This document shows positions 1 through 11,189 of a stretch of DNA of 64,000 bases, piece after piece (the stretch's first letter is position 1; each line of letters starts with the position of its first letter). The notes beneath the pieces are model-generated. The model saw nothing but the letters and a program-made list of their open reading frames with translations. It ran no database searches and had not been told where the DNA came from. This DNA is from Takakia lepidozioides (Eukaryota > Plantae > Bryophyta), in assembly GCA_030704615.1 (NCBI GenBank), contig CM060731.1:4340001-4404000 (forward strand). Direction: 5' to 3'. Position numbers and translations under genes: made by a program.

Positions 1-1966
1 CTGCTGTTGCTCCTACCCAGTCCGGTCGTCCGGGTTCCAAGTCAGTTCGGGTGGGACTGGCTCTGCCAAGAAGTTGGCATTTGAGGGCGAGCCTACACGG
101 CGGTATTCGGCGGTGACGTTTACGCACAGGCCAAAGCTAGAACCTCCAACCATCATCCAATGCGTCAATGAGAGCTTCCTTGACGCTCTCGCTGCCAGGG
201 CGAAGAAGGTGGCACACAACAAGTCTCTGGCGGAGCAGAAGGGGAAAGCCAAGAAGAGGGCTGCCGGTACAGAGCCTAAAGACACCCCTGGTTTTGAAGC
301 CATGATGGAATTCTTCACGGCTGTGAGCACGAATTGCAAGAGCACTCGGGGGGGGTTGAGGTGGAGAGAGCTTGCGACACATGATTCTCCTCGACATTCC
401 AGATGGGGAGCTGCTGGAGGGCCTGGATGGTGGCCCACCTGGAACAGGTTTACTGAGGACTACTGGAAAGCCGGGTTTGGGCTGGCGGGGATGCTTCTGG
501 ATGACGGTGGATGTGTGGGGTCCTTGCCACGAGAGGGAAGACCACAGAGAATGCGGTGGCAAGGTGGACACCGAAAAGTTGTCACCCCGGTCCTCCTCAG
601 AAAATGGTTCTGCATCAGTACGCAGGGGGTTGCGAACAGAGGGCCAAAGTGTAAGTATCAATCTATTGCATTCACTTCATATTGTGGTGTATGTTAAGTA
701 GACCCTGGAATTGATCCCTTCTTTGTTGGATGTGCAGACATTGGTGTTTGAGCATATTGCTTTGTGAAGAGAGGGTCTACGTTCAAATTCCGCAACGACG
801 GTCGTCTTGTTGATGCCGCTGTGGACCCTGTAACCTACGATGTCCTCTACAACTATGTGCCCCCACTCTAGTATGCCGAAGGACACAGAGACAGGCAAAC
901 CGTGGCGGTATGCTCGACGGTCCAAGCCCGGTGTTGCTGGAGGGGGTTTGCTTGGAAAGTCTGCCGGTCTACTGGAGGGGGGGTCTGGCCAGTCTGCTGG
1001 AGAGGTGCTGGTCCGCTCGTCGGTCTGTTGGAGGGTCTGCCCAGTCCGCTAGAAGGTTCGCCATGGTAGATGAACAAAGACTTATGCGGCACGGGTAAGC
1101 CTTCACGTGCTCAGTTTGTCCCCTGGCCCCATTGCAATTGCATGCCGCAAGCTATTAACCGCCCGCTTTGTTCCTCAGGTGCTTCAATGTGGGCAGGGAC
1201 GTTGTCCGACAGGCATGTGTTCGCCTTCGAGCCAGATACTGCCCTCCACAACTCGGAACTTGCAGCGGCTGAACGTCTGCCGAAAGAGGAAGAGGCATCC
1301 TCGGAGGATGAGGAAAAATCCGAGAAGGAGCAGGGGGAGGAAGTTGGGATCGAGGCCGAGGAGCCCCCGGTTTACGAGTGAGTGGTGGCATTGTAAGTTG
1401 CCTCCAGATTTTGTGAGGCACCTCCCTCCGCTCTCTTATTTCATTGAAAACCATTTCTGCTTGTGCTGGTATTGACATTCTTGAAGTGGATTTGTTCTTA
1501 CTGTAGGATGCCAAGTACTGCCGGAGGGACGTCTACACCGGAGTTCATGGGCAGGAGGAACGTGCCTTTTTTTGCCAGGGGGGATTTCATGCCTAGTCCA
1601 GAAAGGGAGTACATCCTTCCTACTTATGCTGCCCGGCTTGCTTCGGTGTCCATTAGGAGGTGTTCCGAACGTAGTCGTGTACAGCAGATTTTAGACGAGG
1701 CAAGCCTCAAGAAAATGAAGATGAGGGAGGAGGCAGCAGCTATTAGAGCCCGTCGGGCTCGTAGATTTGTGTTGGATTCTGCTGAGGAAAGTGGGGGAGA
1801 AGACGCAGAAGATTCCCAGGAGGTGAGGTGGACAGTCCCCCAAGGAGAGGACGGGATTTTTGAGAGGCATAGTGGAACTGATGCATCACAGAGCTCGGAG
1901 GATGAGGGGGATGAGGGGGATGAGGAAGAAGGTGGGGCAAGTTCCTCGGAGGGTGTAGGAGAGTAG
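1..1966 (+). pseudogene. Spliced, frameshifted beta-class DNA N4C/N6A methyltransferase-like gene with acidic C-terminal tail (5' part outside window)
   Basis: ILLDIPDG (DIPD at 393-404) is followed, after a frameshift, by PTWNRFTEDYWKAGFGLAGMLLDDGG. Probable intron 651-737, then FVKRGSTFKF..DVLYNY..GKPWR. Removing GT-AG intron 1095-1178 gives DLCGTGASMWAGTLSDRHVFAFEPD, resembling the SAM-binding segment DPFxGSGTT..A...GR.FIG.E.D. Motif IV before motif I is the beta-class order. Confidence 0.65.
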
Positions 1967-2252
1967 TGCCCATTCCGGCTATGACAGTTAGAACACACTT
2001 GTATAGACGTGGCTTGCCACAAAATTTGCAATAAAATGTTGCATTTCTCCACGTGATTACATGTCGTGGAATAGTTACATGTCACGCACACAGAAATTAT
2101 GTGGAAATGAAGTGAGGGGAGAATGAGCCTCCCTTGGCTTATATGGCCCCCCCCCCATTCCTCAGGCGCGCGCAGGGACCTTCTAAGAGCGACCGCCACC
2201 TTGGTGGTCGTTTTTTTTTCCAAAAAAAACATTAAAGCGACCGCCAGTAATG
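1..2252 (+). mobile_element. Right part of a CACTA-like DNA transposon carrying a methyltransferase-like cargo gene, inserted into a gypsy gag
   Basis: Ends ...GCGACCGCCAGTAATG at 2252, one transition from the CACTA end GTAGTG. Repeated and inverted GCGACCGCC(A) subterminal motifs lie at ~2189-2246. The gag frame on the - strand breaks exactly here, after its second zinc knuckle. Confidence 0.6.
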
Positions 2253-3024
2253 GCGAACACATTTCCGTGGAATGCCCGAACCGGTGACATTTGTCACACT
2301 TAGCTGGGGTTCTTCCTTCAGGACAATATGCAGCTATGTGACCTTCTTTGTGACAAACATTACAAAGGCGAACACGAGGTGGTGTTCTAGATCCCGAGCT
2401 TTCTCCTATGACTGGTCCCCTATCAAAGTACTTCTGTAGGGTAGTGTTCAGCTGATCAAGTCTTCTGTCCACAGGGTTAACAAACACAACTGACTCATCT
2501 GTATCATCTCCTTCCAATGGCTCTAGAGGTATTTCCCCTAACTTTCCCAGGCCCCTTTCAATTTCAATGGCTGTGTCAAGTGCTTCCTCTACATCAAGGA
2601 AGCGCCTGCCCAGCATTACTCTTGCTATTTCTGGTCTCAAACCTGCTGCAAATCTACGCCTCTGTTCCAAATCAGACGCCCCACTTCTTATAAATAACCG
2701 GTTCAACCTATCAAAGTATGTTTGAACCCTTTGTCTACTCTCCTGTTTAATGGTATCCATTCTTAGCCTAATTTCTGCCAAGTCAACGATACCAAACTTG
2801 GCTGAAATTGCTGCCCTAAAGTCCACCCAGTTGTTTGGTCTAGGGTTTTGTTTACGGTACCATTCATCAGCCTTGGCTCTCAGGTTGAGCCTTGCTACCT
2901 TGAAAGTTTTGTCCTCATTCAAATCCCTGACATCTGCCTCCATCTGAATTCTCTCCAGCCAGTCATTTACATCCTCACTATTCCTACCATGATAAGGCGC
3001 ATCTATGCTGGTTGGACTGGTCAT
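2253..3024 (-). mobile_element. gag: Ty3/gypsy gag (capsid plus two CCHC zinc knuckles), truncated by the CACTA-like insertion
   Basis: EDVNDWLERI..LNLRAKADEWY capsid-like segment, QESRQRVQTYFDRL, CNVCHKEGHIAAYC and CDKCHRFGHSTEMC. Confidence 0.85.
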
Positions 3025-3465
3025 CCTTCTATTCTCTAGTCAAAGTTCAAACTGTTTCAACACCTAATTCTGACCCTAATTTTCCCGCAACTCCTTTAAT
3101 GTTGACCTCTATACCACTCCCACTGTCCATTTCGCAACATCTCTACTCTACCTCCCCATGTCACCTCTCGTGCCATGGTATTTATCTTCACCCACCTTCC
3201 TAACTCTCTTATCCAAAGTGTTATGGTTGTTCTTCCACCAGTATGTATCACTCTAAGACATAAATCACCATTCGCTATTCTCCAAGTAGGGTTGAAGAAG
3301 TACAAACAAGGGTCTGCGTGTGCATTTGGTGTGCGTCTGCTGAAGCAAATCAGCACATCTCCAATGCTTGGTTCATCAGGAATCAGTGTGTGGTCTCTTC
3401 CTGCCATCAAACCATCCAATACCAGTCAAGATCCCTGGCTAGTAGAAATCAAGATTTAACATCAG

Positions 3466-3477
3466 CTCTGATACCAA
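3466..3477 (-). promoter_or_regulatory. Primer-binding site complementary to initiator tRNA-Met
   Basis: TGGTATCAGAGC on the - strand, about 440 nt upstream of the gag ATG. Confidence 0.85.
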
Positions 3478-3794
3478 AAGAAGGGGCGTGAATCCCCTTC
3501 TGTGCAAGTCTAGTTGTGCTCCTCCCCAGGTCAATTGGAGGGAAGGAAAAGAGCTCTCCTCTCAGGTGATCCAACCATCGTCACTCGGTGTGGGTTTCCC
3601 TCAGGTCCTTCATGATCAGAGTTCACACAATCCTCATCCACGCCACAGCGGAAGAGAAGACATGGATGGGGAGTCTGTATTGTTTTCACCCATGGTTCTA
3701 CTTCTACACGACATCCTCTCCCTGGCACACTGCACCAGCCATGTTACCATGCTGTCTTCAGTGATGCAACCAGCCCTACGTCAGTGATGACCAC

Positions 3795-6700
3795 TGCCGA
3801 ATTTCCGTCCGGCGGTTGAAATATGACGGCCAGGTGCCGACCTCTCCCCCCTCCCCAACCGCATTGGAATGGCCCCGGATTGAAATTCGGCGCCGTTTTC
3901 CCATCTGGGGAGGTTTTTATGTCGGCCAGTTTTCAGTCTGACACCCCGACAAGACTTCCTTGGGGGGGCCCGGATGGAAATTCGGCGCCGAATCTCCATC
4001 CAAGGGATGCTCTCTGTCGAACACGTGCCGACCTCTACGCCCGAGGCGACTTCATCCGGGCGTCCCCTGTTCGATATTCGGTGCCGAATTTCCGTCCGGG
4101 GGTTGAAATGTGACGGCCAAGTGCCGGCCTCTCCCCCCTCCCCGACTGCATCCGAACCGCCCCGGATGGAAATTCGGCGCCGTTTTTCCATCTGGGGATG
4201 TTTTTATGCCGGCCAGTTTTCGGCCTGACCCCCCGACACGACTTCCTTTACCTGCTGGATGGAAATTCGGCGCCGAATCTCCATCCAGGGGATGTTCTCT
4301 GTCGCACACGCGCCGGCCTCTGCACCCGAGGCGACTTCATCCGGGCTTCCCCTGTTGGATATTGGGTGCCGAATTTCCATTCGGGGGTAGTAATGTGACG
4401 GCACGGTGCCGGCTTCTCCCCTTCAGCCGTCATCATCCGGACGGCCCCCCACTTTCTGACTGCATACCGTTGGCAGTTATTGCGCAAAGACCAGGGGCCG
4501 CATTCCGGAGACAAGGTTCATTAACACTCTGACTGTGGATTTTTGAGATAGTTGGCTCCCTGGATTTGGATCAGGCTTCGTCGCTCGGACAAATCGGCAT
4601 CGCATTCATTCCCATCGCTGCATCCCCCTTCTACCAGGGAGCTTCCCCGCACTCCATCCTGGGAGTCTTGTGTGCACATCTCCCATGGCGGAAAACCCGA
4701 GCGCTACAGTGTACTGCCCTCCTCACGAGCATAGAGCTTCATTTCCGTGCAGAGGGGACACCTGCCGGGTGATGGAGAAATATCTGTGCGTTCGATACCA
4801 CCTGAAACCGGGGTCGGTTTTTTTGGAGGAGGAAAGGAAGGACTCTAACGGCCTTGTTGTCGACAGTATTGTTGTGCTCCACGATGATTTCGGCGATGGC
4901 AGGGAATGGCGAGTTCCACCATTGGACAGCGTCATATACAGGGCTGTTGGGGACTTCATTTGCCCGCCAAATGCACCTTCTATCCTGGCGCCTTCCACGA
5001 AACAATCCGCGAATCAGAGAGTGGCTACCTCAAAGAGAGAAGTCCGCAACGAAGTAAATCCAGAGCCGAACCCATCCATGAAGACGAGCCAGAACCGGGT
5101 TGTTCACAACCTGTCCGACTCAGACGAGGTCATGGAAGTTCCGAGGTCGTCCTGGAGATCAGGCAAGTCCTCAATGGACGTCAGTGGAGGAGGGAGTCAT
5201 ATTCCCAGCACGAGCACCGCAGTTTGATCTATTCTTGAAATTCTGCGAGGGCTTCACCTGGAGGGACACCGGTCGGAGCTGGCCGGGCTGGACTACAGCA
5301 AGTTCGCAATTAAATCGATTACATGCCTTCCCGCCGACGTCGACGGTAATATCTTCTTTGAGTTCCCTCCTCGGGCGGACTACTCGAGGGCGTCCGGAAT
5401 GTTGACAGATATGGATAGAAAACATGACGGTCATCCTTGGTGCGTTACCAAAACCACCAGCATGAAGATGCTCGATGGTGTGCGGGTGCGCTACGTTGTT
5501 TGTGCGGGCGCGTTGCGGTGTTTCTCCCCAACTTGCTTCCACTTTAAATCCAGAGGTCACAGGAACGAGACCGATTGGACAGGCACAGCTCATCAACCAT
5601 TTCGAGCTCAGAAGAAGGTTCCGAACTCCACATTTAAGTGTGCGCATTGCAAAGAACCACCACACTGCATGTCTGTTTGTAATGCCAAGCAGTTCTATGT
5701 GTTGCACCGTTTCCCTGACCTCACACCAGCTTGCATACACGTTGGTTCCCATTGTCACAAATTGGCGAGGGGGAACTCGCGGGAGGCTGCCCACGAAGCA
5801 GAGCAGCTCGTTCAGGAGGAGGTTAAGTTGAGATCGGGTGCCAAACCCAAACAGATACAGCTCCAAGCCGCCCATAAGATGGCATTGGCCAGAATTATGT
5901 CGGAAGACGGCTCCGATAGAGTTCCTCTCGACGAGAAGGAAATGGAGGCATTGCTGGAGTCGGTGTCCCACGTATGTTCACCGAATGTCCGAAACCACAT
6001 TGTCTCATGCAAACAGAAAATTGGGCGTGGCTCGGATATGCACTCCATTCTGGAGGTGAAGCGACGATGTGGATATGACTACATTCATGGAAGTAGGTTT
6101 CCAGGACAATGGACTGAGGCAGATCGTTGTTTCGTATTCAAAATGTCCACGTGTGGACCTGGCAGCGGCGTCGAACTGGTTGACAGGATGACGAGTAGGA
6201 ACTTGTCAAACAGTTTGGTCATGTTCGACCATATCAAGTGAATTACAAATCACCAGTGGGTGACAATGGGTGCACATGTCTACGACACCCACTGCAGGAT
6301 GCTAATGACAATTGCAATTTGTGAGATGAAAGGAGAGGACACACAATCGGAGATGCTTCTTTGGCAGGGAATAAACGAACAGATGGCCAAGGCGGGATTG
6401 CCCCCTCCGAATTTCCGTGGTTTCATGGCAGACAACGCACAAGCAAATTGGGCTGCCATCCGAAGGGTGTACGGGCAAGACCCCAATGTTCCCATGGAAG
6501 GCAAGGAGAGATCTTGTGGGTTCCATTTTCTGCAAAGCCTTTCGCAGTACACAACCAGGCTCGTGGCGCCAGATTTCAGAGAGGAGCACCGTTCCATGTG
6601 CCTTGCGTGGAAGCGCGCTCCTACCTTGGATGATGCAGAGACACAGTTTGCATGCATACGGGCTTGGTGGACATCGTCAGGTGTTGTAAGGAAATCAGAC

Positions 6701-7219
6701 GAGGGAGCAATGGTCAGTTGGCTAGCATGGTGGCATTATCGTTTCCTCCAGTTCGGCGACTATATGCGGGAGGTGAGTTGCACGTCTGAACATGCTAAGT
6801 CCGAACTGGCTAAGTCCGAACATGCACTGGAAAAATGGCGCTGAATTACCTGTCATGAGGGGACCTATAGCCGCGGAATTCGTTCCCATTTTTCGCCAGA
6901 GAGACCTATTACCGCGAAATACGTCGCCGTTTTTCAGGTTACGGACCCTATTACCGCGAAATTCGGCGCCATATTTGCACATGTCGCTGGGAATTGGCAT
7001 GAGCGGAAGACGAAATATCATGAGCACAACTGTCAAAAGTGCAATTTTCCCTTCAAGGGGCCGATTAATATATTTGTTTTTCCTGACACATTGCATTAAA
7101 TTATTGTTTTTTATTGTTTTTTATTTTTGAAATTTGTACTTCTGCTCATGAAAACCGATTGTGTTACTACTCTGCTCATGCCGCTCATGCCGCTCATGCT
7201 CATGAAATAGCAAACCTCC
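3795..7219 (+). mobile_element. Mutator-like element copy 1: left-truncated, internally deleted derivative of the element at 34569-41508
   Basis: Near-identical reverse complement of 34569-~34990 and ~36830-39818. Shares the terminus ...CATGAAATAGCAAACCTCC (ends 7219). Subterminal palindromes AAATTCGGCGCCGAAT. Confidence 0.9.
4685..6772 (+). pseudogene. MULE transposase exon 1 (pseudogene; exon 2 deleted)
   Basis: Same protein as 38928-36841 but with two CGA>TGA stops (5225-5227, 6239-6241). The intron donor GTGAGTTG at 6773 is followed by a deletion junction. Confidence 0.9.
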
Positions 7220-9132
7220 TTGTGGGCAGCTCCCTTGGTCAGCAACAAGTGGAATCCCCTTTGTAATAAGATCACAATTTGGAAGGAGGCAACTCAGATC
7301 TGCCATGAGTTGCAGGCCCACCAGTTTGGCCCTTCATGGGTTCATGCTTTCTTTATCTTACCGCCCCAATCATCCATTCCTCTCCATCCCCTCTTGCTGG
7401 TCAGCTCTCTCCCTTATGTCCTTTTCTCTCTCCCTCTCTCTTTCTTTCAGGGTGAGTAGGTTCCTCACTCTTTCCACTGTAGCATGTCTATGATGCAATG
7501 CAATGCGCATTCAGCCAAGCATCCAGTGCACCCAGCATTGAAATCAACCTTGGTCACACAAGATATAATCAGCCCTTTTATCAGTCCCTCTCTTGCCAAT
7601 GACAGATGCTTCACACTCCACTTTTCCCAGGTGTAGCCATTTGCCCAAGACAGCTCTCAACCCTTCTACAGGTCTCAATTTACACACCCTGACAGCTCTC
7701 TTTTTCCCATCAACTGTGAACCTCAGTGGTTCACATGCTGAGAGCACCCTGAGAATCAGATCCAAACCCAAACAGATGTTGGTTTTTCTGCCCCATCCAC
7801 ATCATCCCTTCTTGTTGTTTCCAAACAGTTCTATCTAACTCTCACTGGTTTCCTCTACCTACTAAGCTAACTGCAATGTGTCAACATCCCAGGCTAGATT
7901 GTTTGTACAAGCTCATGACGCTGAAACAAGGAACAAGAATACAACAGCAGCAACCATTCTGTCCCAGCAACGAATCAACCCTGTTTCCATTCATTTTCCT
8001 ACTGTACAATGTAACAGCAGGTGCATCCATCTCCAGTCCATCCTGGTTTGAAGTCCAGTGTCTTCATTCCATTTCCAAAGCTCTTTTTCTTCCTCACATG
8101 TCAGTATCTCTTACTACATACAAGAGACAGTCCAAACTTCACAAAGCGATTTCTAAGTCCAAAAAGAGAAGACCACTCTTCAAACTTATCTGTCTTATAC
8201 TCATTGAAGCGGTGGGTCTGCCTGTCACGAAGGCACCTTGTCCTCTCCCTCGTCAGCCATTTCCGACGTCTTTTCTTATCGTGATTCCAGTCCTCATTAA
8301 GGCATGACGGCTCTGCTTCAGCTGCTGGCACATCCTTGTGCCTGCCAACCTCTACCCTATCCTTCTACATGTGCATTTCTTCCCTATGAAGTGATCTGGT
8401 CCTACAGCCTTTAAGACAGAGAGCAGATACAAAACTTAATTATAGATAGCTTAAGCGCCATACACACCAGAAGGCGGCACCGCTTCCTCTTGCACAGAAT
8501 GCCAAGCCAGATCCCTTAACGTCGCTCTTTAAGGCAAGCTGATTCCCTTACAAAGTGATCTGGTCCTAAAGCTCAAAAACAGACAGCAGCTACAAGATTT
8601 GATCACAGACAACCTGAGGCGCTATACACACCAGCCTGCATTTCTCATCCCCCAACACCTGCTGAGCCGCTCCATCTCCTCATTAATGTGCTCATCAAGA
8701 CAATGGCGACAGCAGTGGTGCACCGCCCTTATCACAAACCTGATCCCTCTGGTTTGATCATTGCTTACGAAGAAGGCGGCACCGCTTCTTCTTGCACAGA
8801 AAGCCAAGCAGGAGCTCTTAACATTTCTCTTAAAAGCAAGCTGATACCCTTTGCGTAGGTGGAACTTTCTCAGATATCCTGTGCTGCCAACACCACTTCA
8901 GCAGCTGCGAAAAGATACACGCACTCTTCCCCTTCGAATTTCACATCCTGCTTCTAGGGTTCAACATCATGGATGAAAATCATTCATCCTAGGGATGAAA
9001 AAGGCGCATGTCATAACTTAGCCATATTTTGTTCTTGGCAGATCAATAGCATAGTCTTTCCATGGAATTACCTCAAGTTATGGACAATTCCTCCCCTTCA
9101 TTAGCACGAAGGGCACTCCCTTTGTAGTAGTG
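7220..9132. mobile_element. Right-end fragment of another CACTA element; no recognisable ORF
   Basis: Ends GGGCACTCCCTTTGTAGTAGTG (reverse complement CACTACTACAAAGGG) at 9132, where composition switches abruptly to A/C-rich LINE-like DNA. Confidence 0.55.
8391..8851. repeat. Diverged direct duplication (~165-bp unit; second copy split by ~130 bp of extra sequence)
   Basis: GTGATCTGGTCCTA..ATACACACCAG and AAGGCGGCACCGCTT..GCAAGCTGAT blocks each occur twice. Confidence 0.75.
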
Positions 9133-9520
9133 CCGAAACCTGATGCCAAACAAAAACTTGAATTTTTACCCCCTGCACTCACACTACACTACCTCACTCG
9201 CACACAAACACGCGCATGAACATATCATCTCAACACATACCATACGATCAGACGTGCCCTCACTATCATACCTACCACCACTGCACACCCATGAAACAAC
9301 TGGAGAATGGATCCCCGTATCACTTGCTTAAAATCCCTCAAAATAGACCTATCACTCATCCTCCCACCTAACAACCCCCATGAAATCCCTAACTAGACAA
9401 CTGCAGTCTCTAAAGTTGGAAGAGAGGCCAAGAAAGCCGCGTACAATATCACAAAACAAAAAGCTACCGTCAACCACAAAAAATTTGTCTCCTCCTTCAA
9501 CCAACTACTACATGTCGCGC
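9133..9520 (+). mobile_element. Decayed LINE ORF fragment (probably the region upstream of RT)
   Basis: A/C-rich coding-like strand with GREAKKAAYNITKQKATVNHKKFVSSFNQLL. Same compositional bias as 27132-28713. Confidence 0.4.
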
Positions 9521-9564
9521 ACCTCGTTTCCGTAAGCTACCCTTCAAGTCATAGTTACTCGCTT

Positions 9565-11112
9565 TGATGCGCGCGCCTAACTCCCAACCTGGCCGCCGGG
9601 CCAACTTGGAGCTTTGGCTGCTTACCGAGACATAACGGTCCCCCTTTACTCTTCCACCAAACCCTCCACCAATTTGGACCTAGTGGAAATTCCCTTTGGT
9701 AGATGGCAGTCCGGAATAGCTCCCCACTCCTTGGTCGCTTTCCGGCTCGCTCGCTTATCACTAGTTTTTGGTCACCAACGGGCTTGCACCGTTCTCGGGG
9801 TTACTACTCCCTATATATACTTCTGTGACTGTTCACGGGGGTTTCACAAACAACCATGCCATTTTATGGCGAACCACCACGAAGACCCTCGATTCTCGGT
9901 GATGAGTCGCGGTAAGTCTTGGCCCACCCACCACGGCCCCATTGGACCGTGGTGAGTCCCAAGACTCCCCACGACTCCCACCACAAGGTCTCCGCCCCAT
10001 GGTGAGTCCTATGCCACCCCCACTAAGTCCCACTAAGCTACCTCCACCCCTTGTGGAGCCACCCCCACCGCAACCCGGTGTGCGGGGCTCCACCTAGTGA
10101 GCGCCTCCGCCTCCTTGAGTGCCTTTGGCACTCAAGGGTGCTTCCCCCCCCCCCCCCCCTACCTATTGCTGCCACTGCCCCCACCACATGGGCAGCCCCT
10201 CCTACGTCCCGACCCCCCTACCCTCAAGGCAAAGGGCCGCGACACACACCCCTACCAACAGGGAGTCGATGTACTCATCGACTTGTCCATTTTGTATAAA
10301 CGAACATCCAAGTTGTGGCGTCCCACATCAAGGAGTTTGTTTCCGTACCATGGCGTCCCATGGCAAAGAACCAAACCCCACACTTTGACTCTACTCTCCA
10401 CTAGCTAGTTCGGCCGACTTTCTCCAAGTCCCGGCCAAGGGTGGAGCCTCTCAAGCTCCTCCCAGTGCACTCTTCTTGGCCTACTTCAAGGCCAAGGAAC
10501 GATCCTTCCCGAGGATCGAATCGCCTTACTGCAACAACATTGCTTGCGACCGCTCATGATGCCGCTTTTGGCATCGCCTTGAGCAAGGGTTCACCTTGAA
10601 CTCTTTTTTAGTAGGAAGATAACCTTGGACTAACCATGCGCCCCAATCACTACAATTGGGTCCGCCTTGGAATGTTGGCCTGAGGTACGGGAACACGTCG
10701 AAGCCGCACTACGACTTCGTCCCGAGGCTACACGATTATAGTACGTGAACGGAAGCACGTAGCTTCCGCGTTAGCCCACACTACAAGACAACCCCCTCGG
10801 TAGCGCAGTTATAGTTTGCGCACGCGCCAGGTGCGCACTAGCACGTGAACTCCCAAGGAAGGCGCAAGTTTCCTTGCCCCTTGGATGGGAGTCACCCGAT
10901 TTTGGCACTACGCAAATACATGATTAATCCAATTTATCTCTCCCACTTTTGTAAGCTAGCATGCATTCTACACACTAGCCCACCATACCATGCATCACCA
11001 TTCCAAACAAAATAGGACGCACAACATTTGGAAACCATTTCATTTAGAACAAAATTTGTACAATACAAGTTTTTGCAATCGGATTCCTGAGTTAGCTAAG
11101 CCGGGCTAAGCA
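9565..11112 (-). repeat. 3' LTR of the chromovirus (distal end approximate)
   Basis: Begins TG at 11112 directly after the polypurine tract GGGGGAGGAAAGGCA (11113-11127). Candidate CA end at 9565 and TATA-like TATATATA near 9812. Confidence 0.6.
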
Positions 11113-11189
11113 TGCCTTTCCTCCCCCACGATCCAAGGTTGATATCCCCATCAACGTTTCTTCTGCTTTTGAGGTTGCCCTTCGATTGC

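Noticed and set aside
1624-3024. 466-aa ORF as a single protein
   Set aside because: Chimeric: gag ends at 2253 and the rest is antisense read-through into the inserted element.
4723-6689. Overlapping antisense and alternative-frame ORFs over the MULE transposase (likewise over the other TE genes)
   Set aside because: Shadow ORFs of GC-rich coding sequence.
7220-8950. Short ORFs in the CACTA fragment
   Set aside because: No recognisable domain in any frame.
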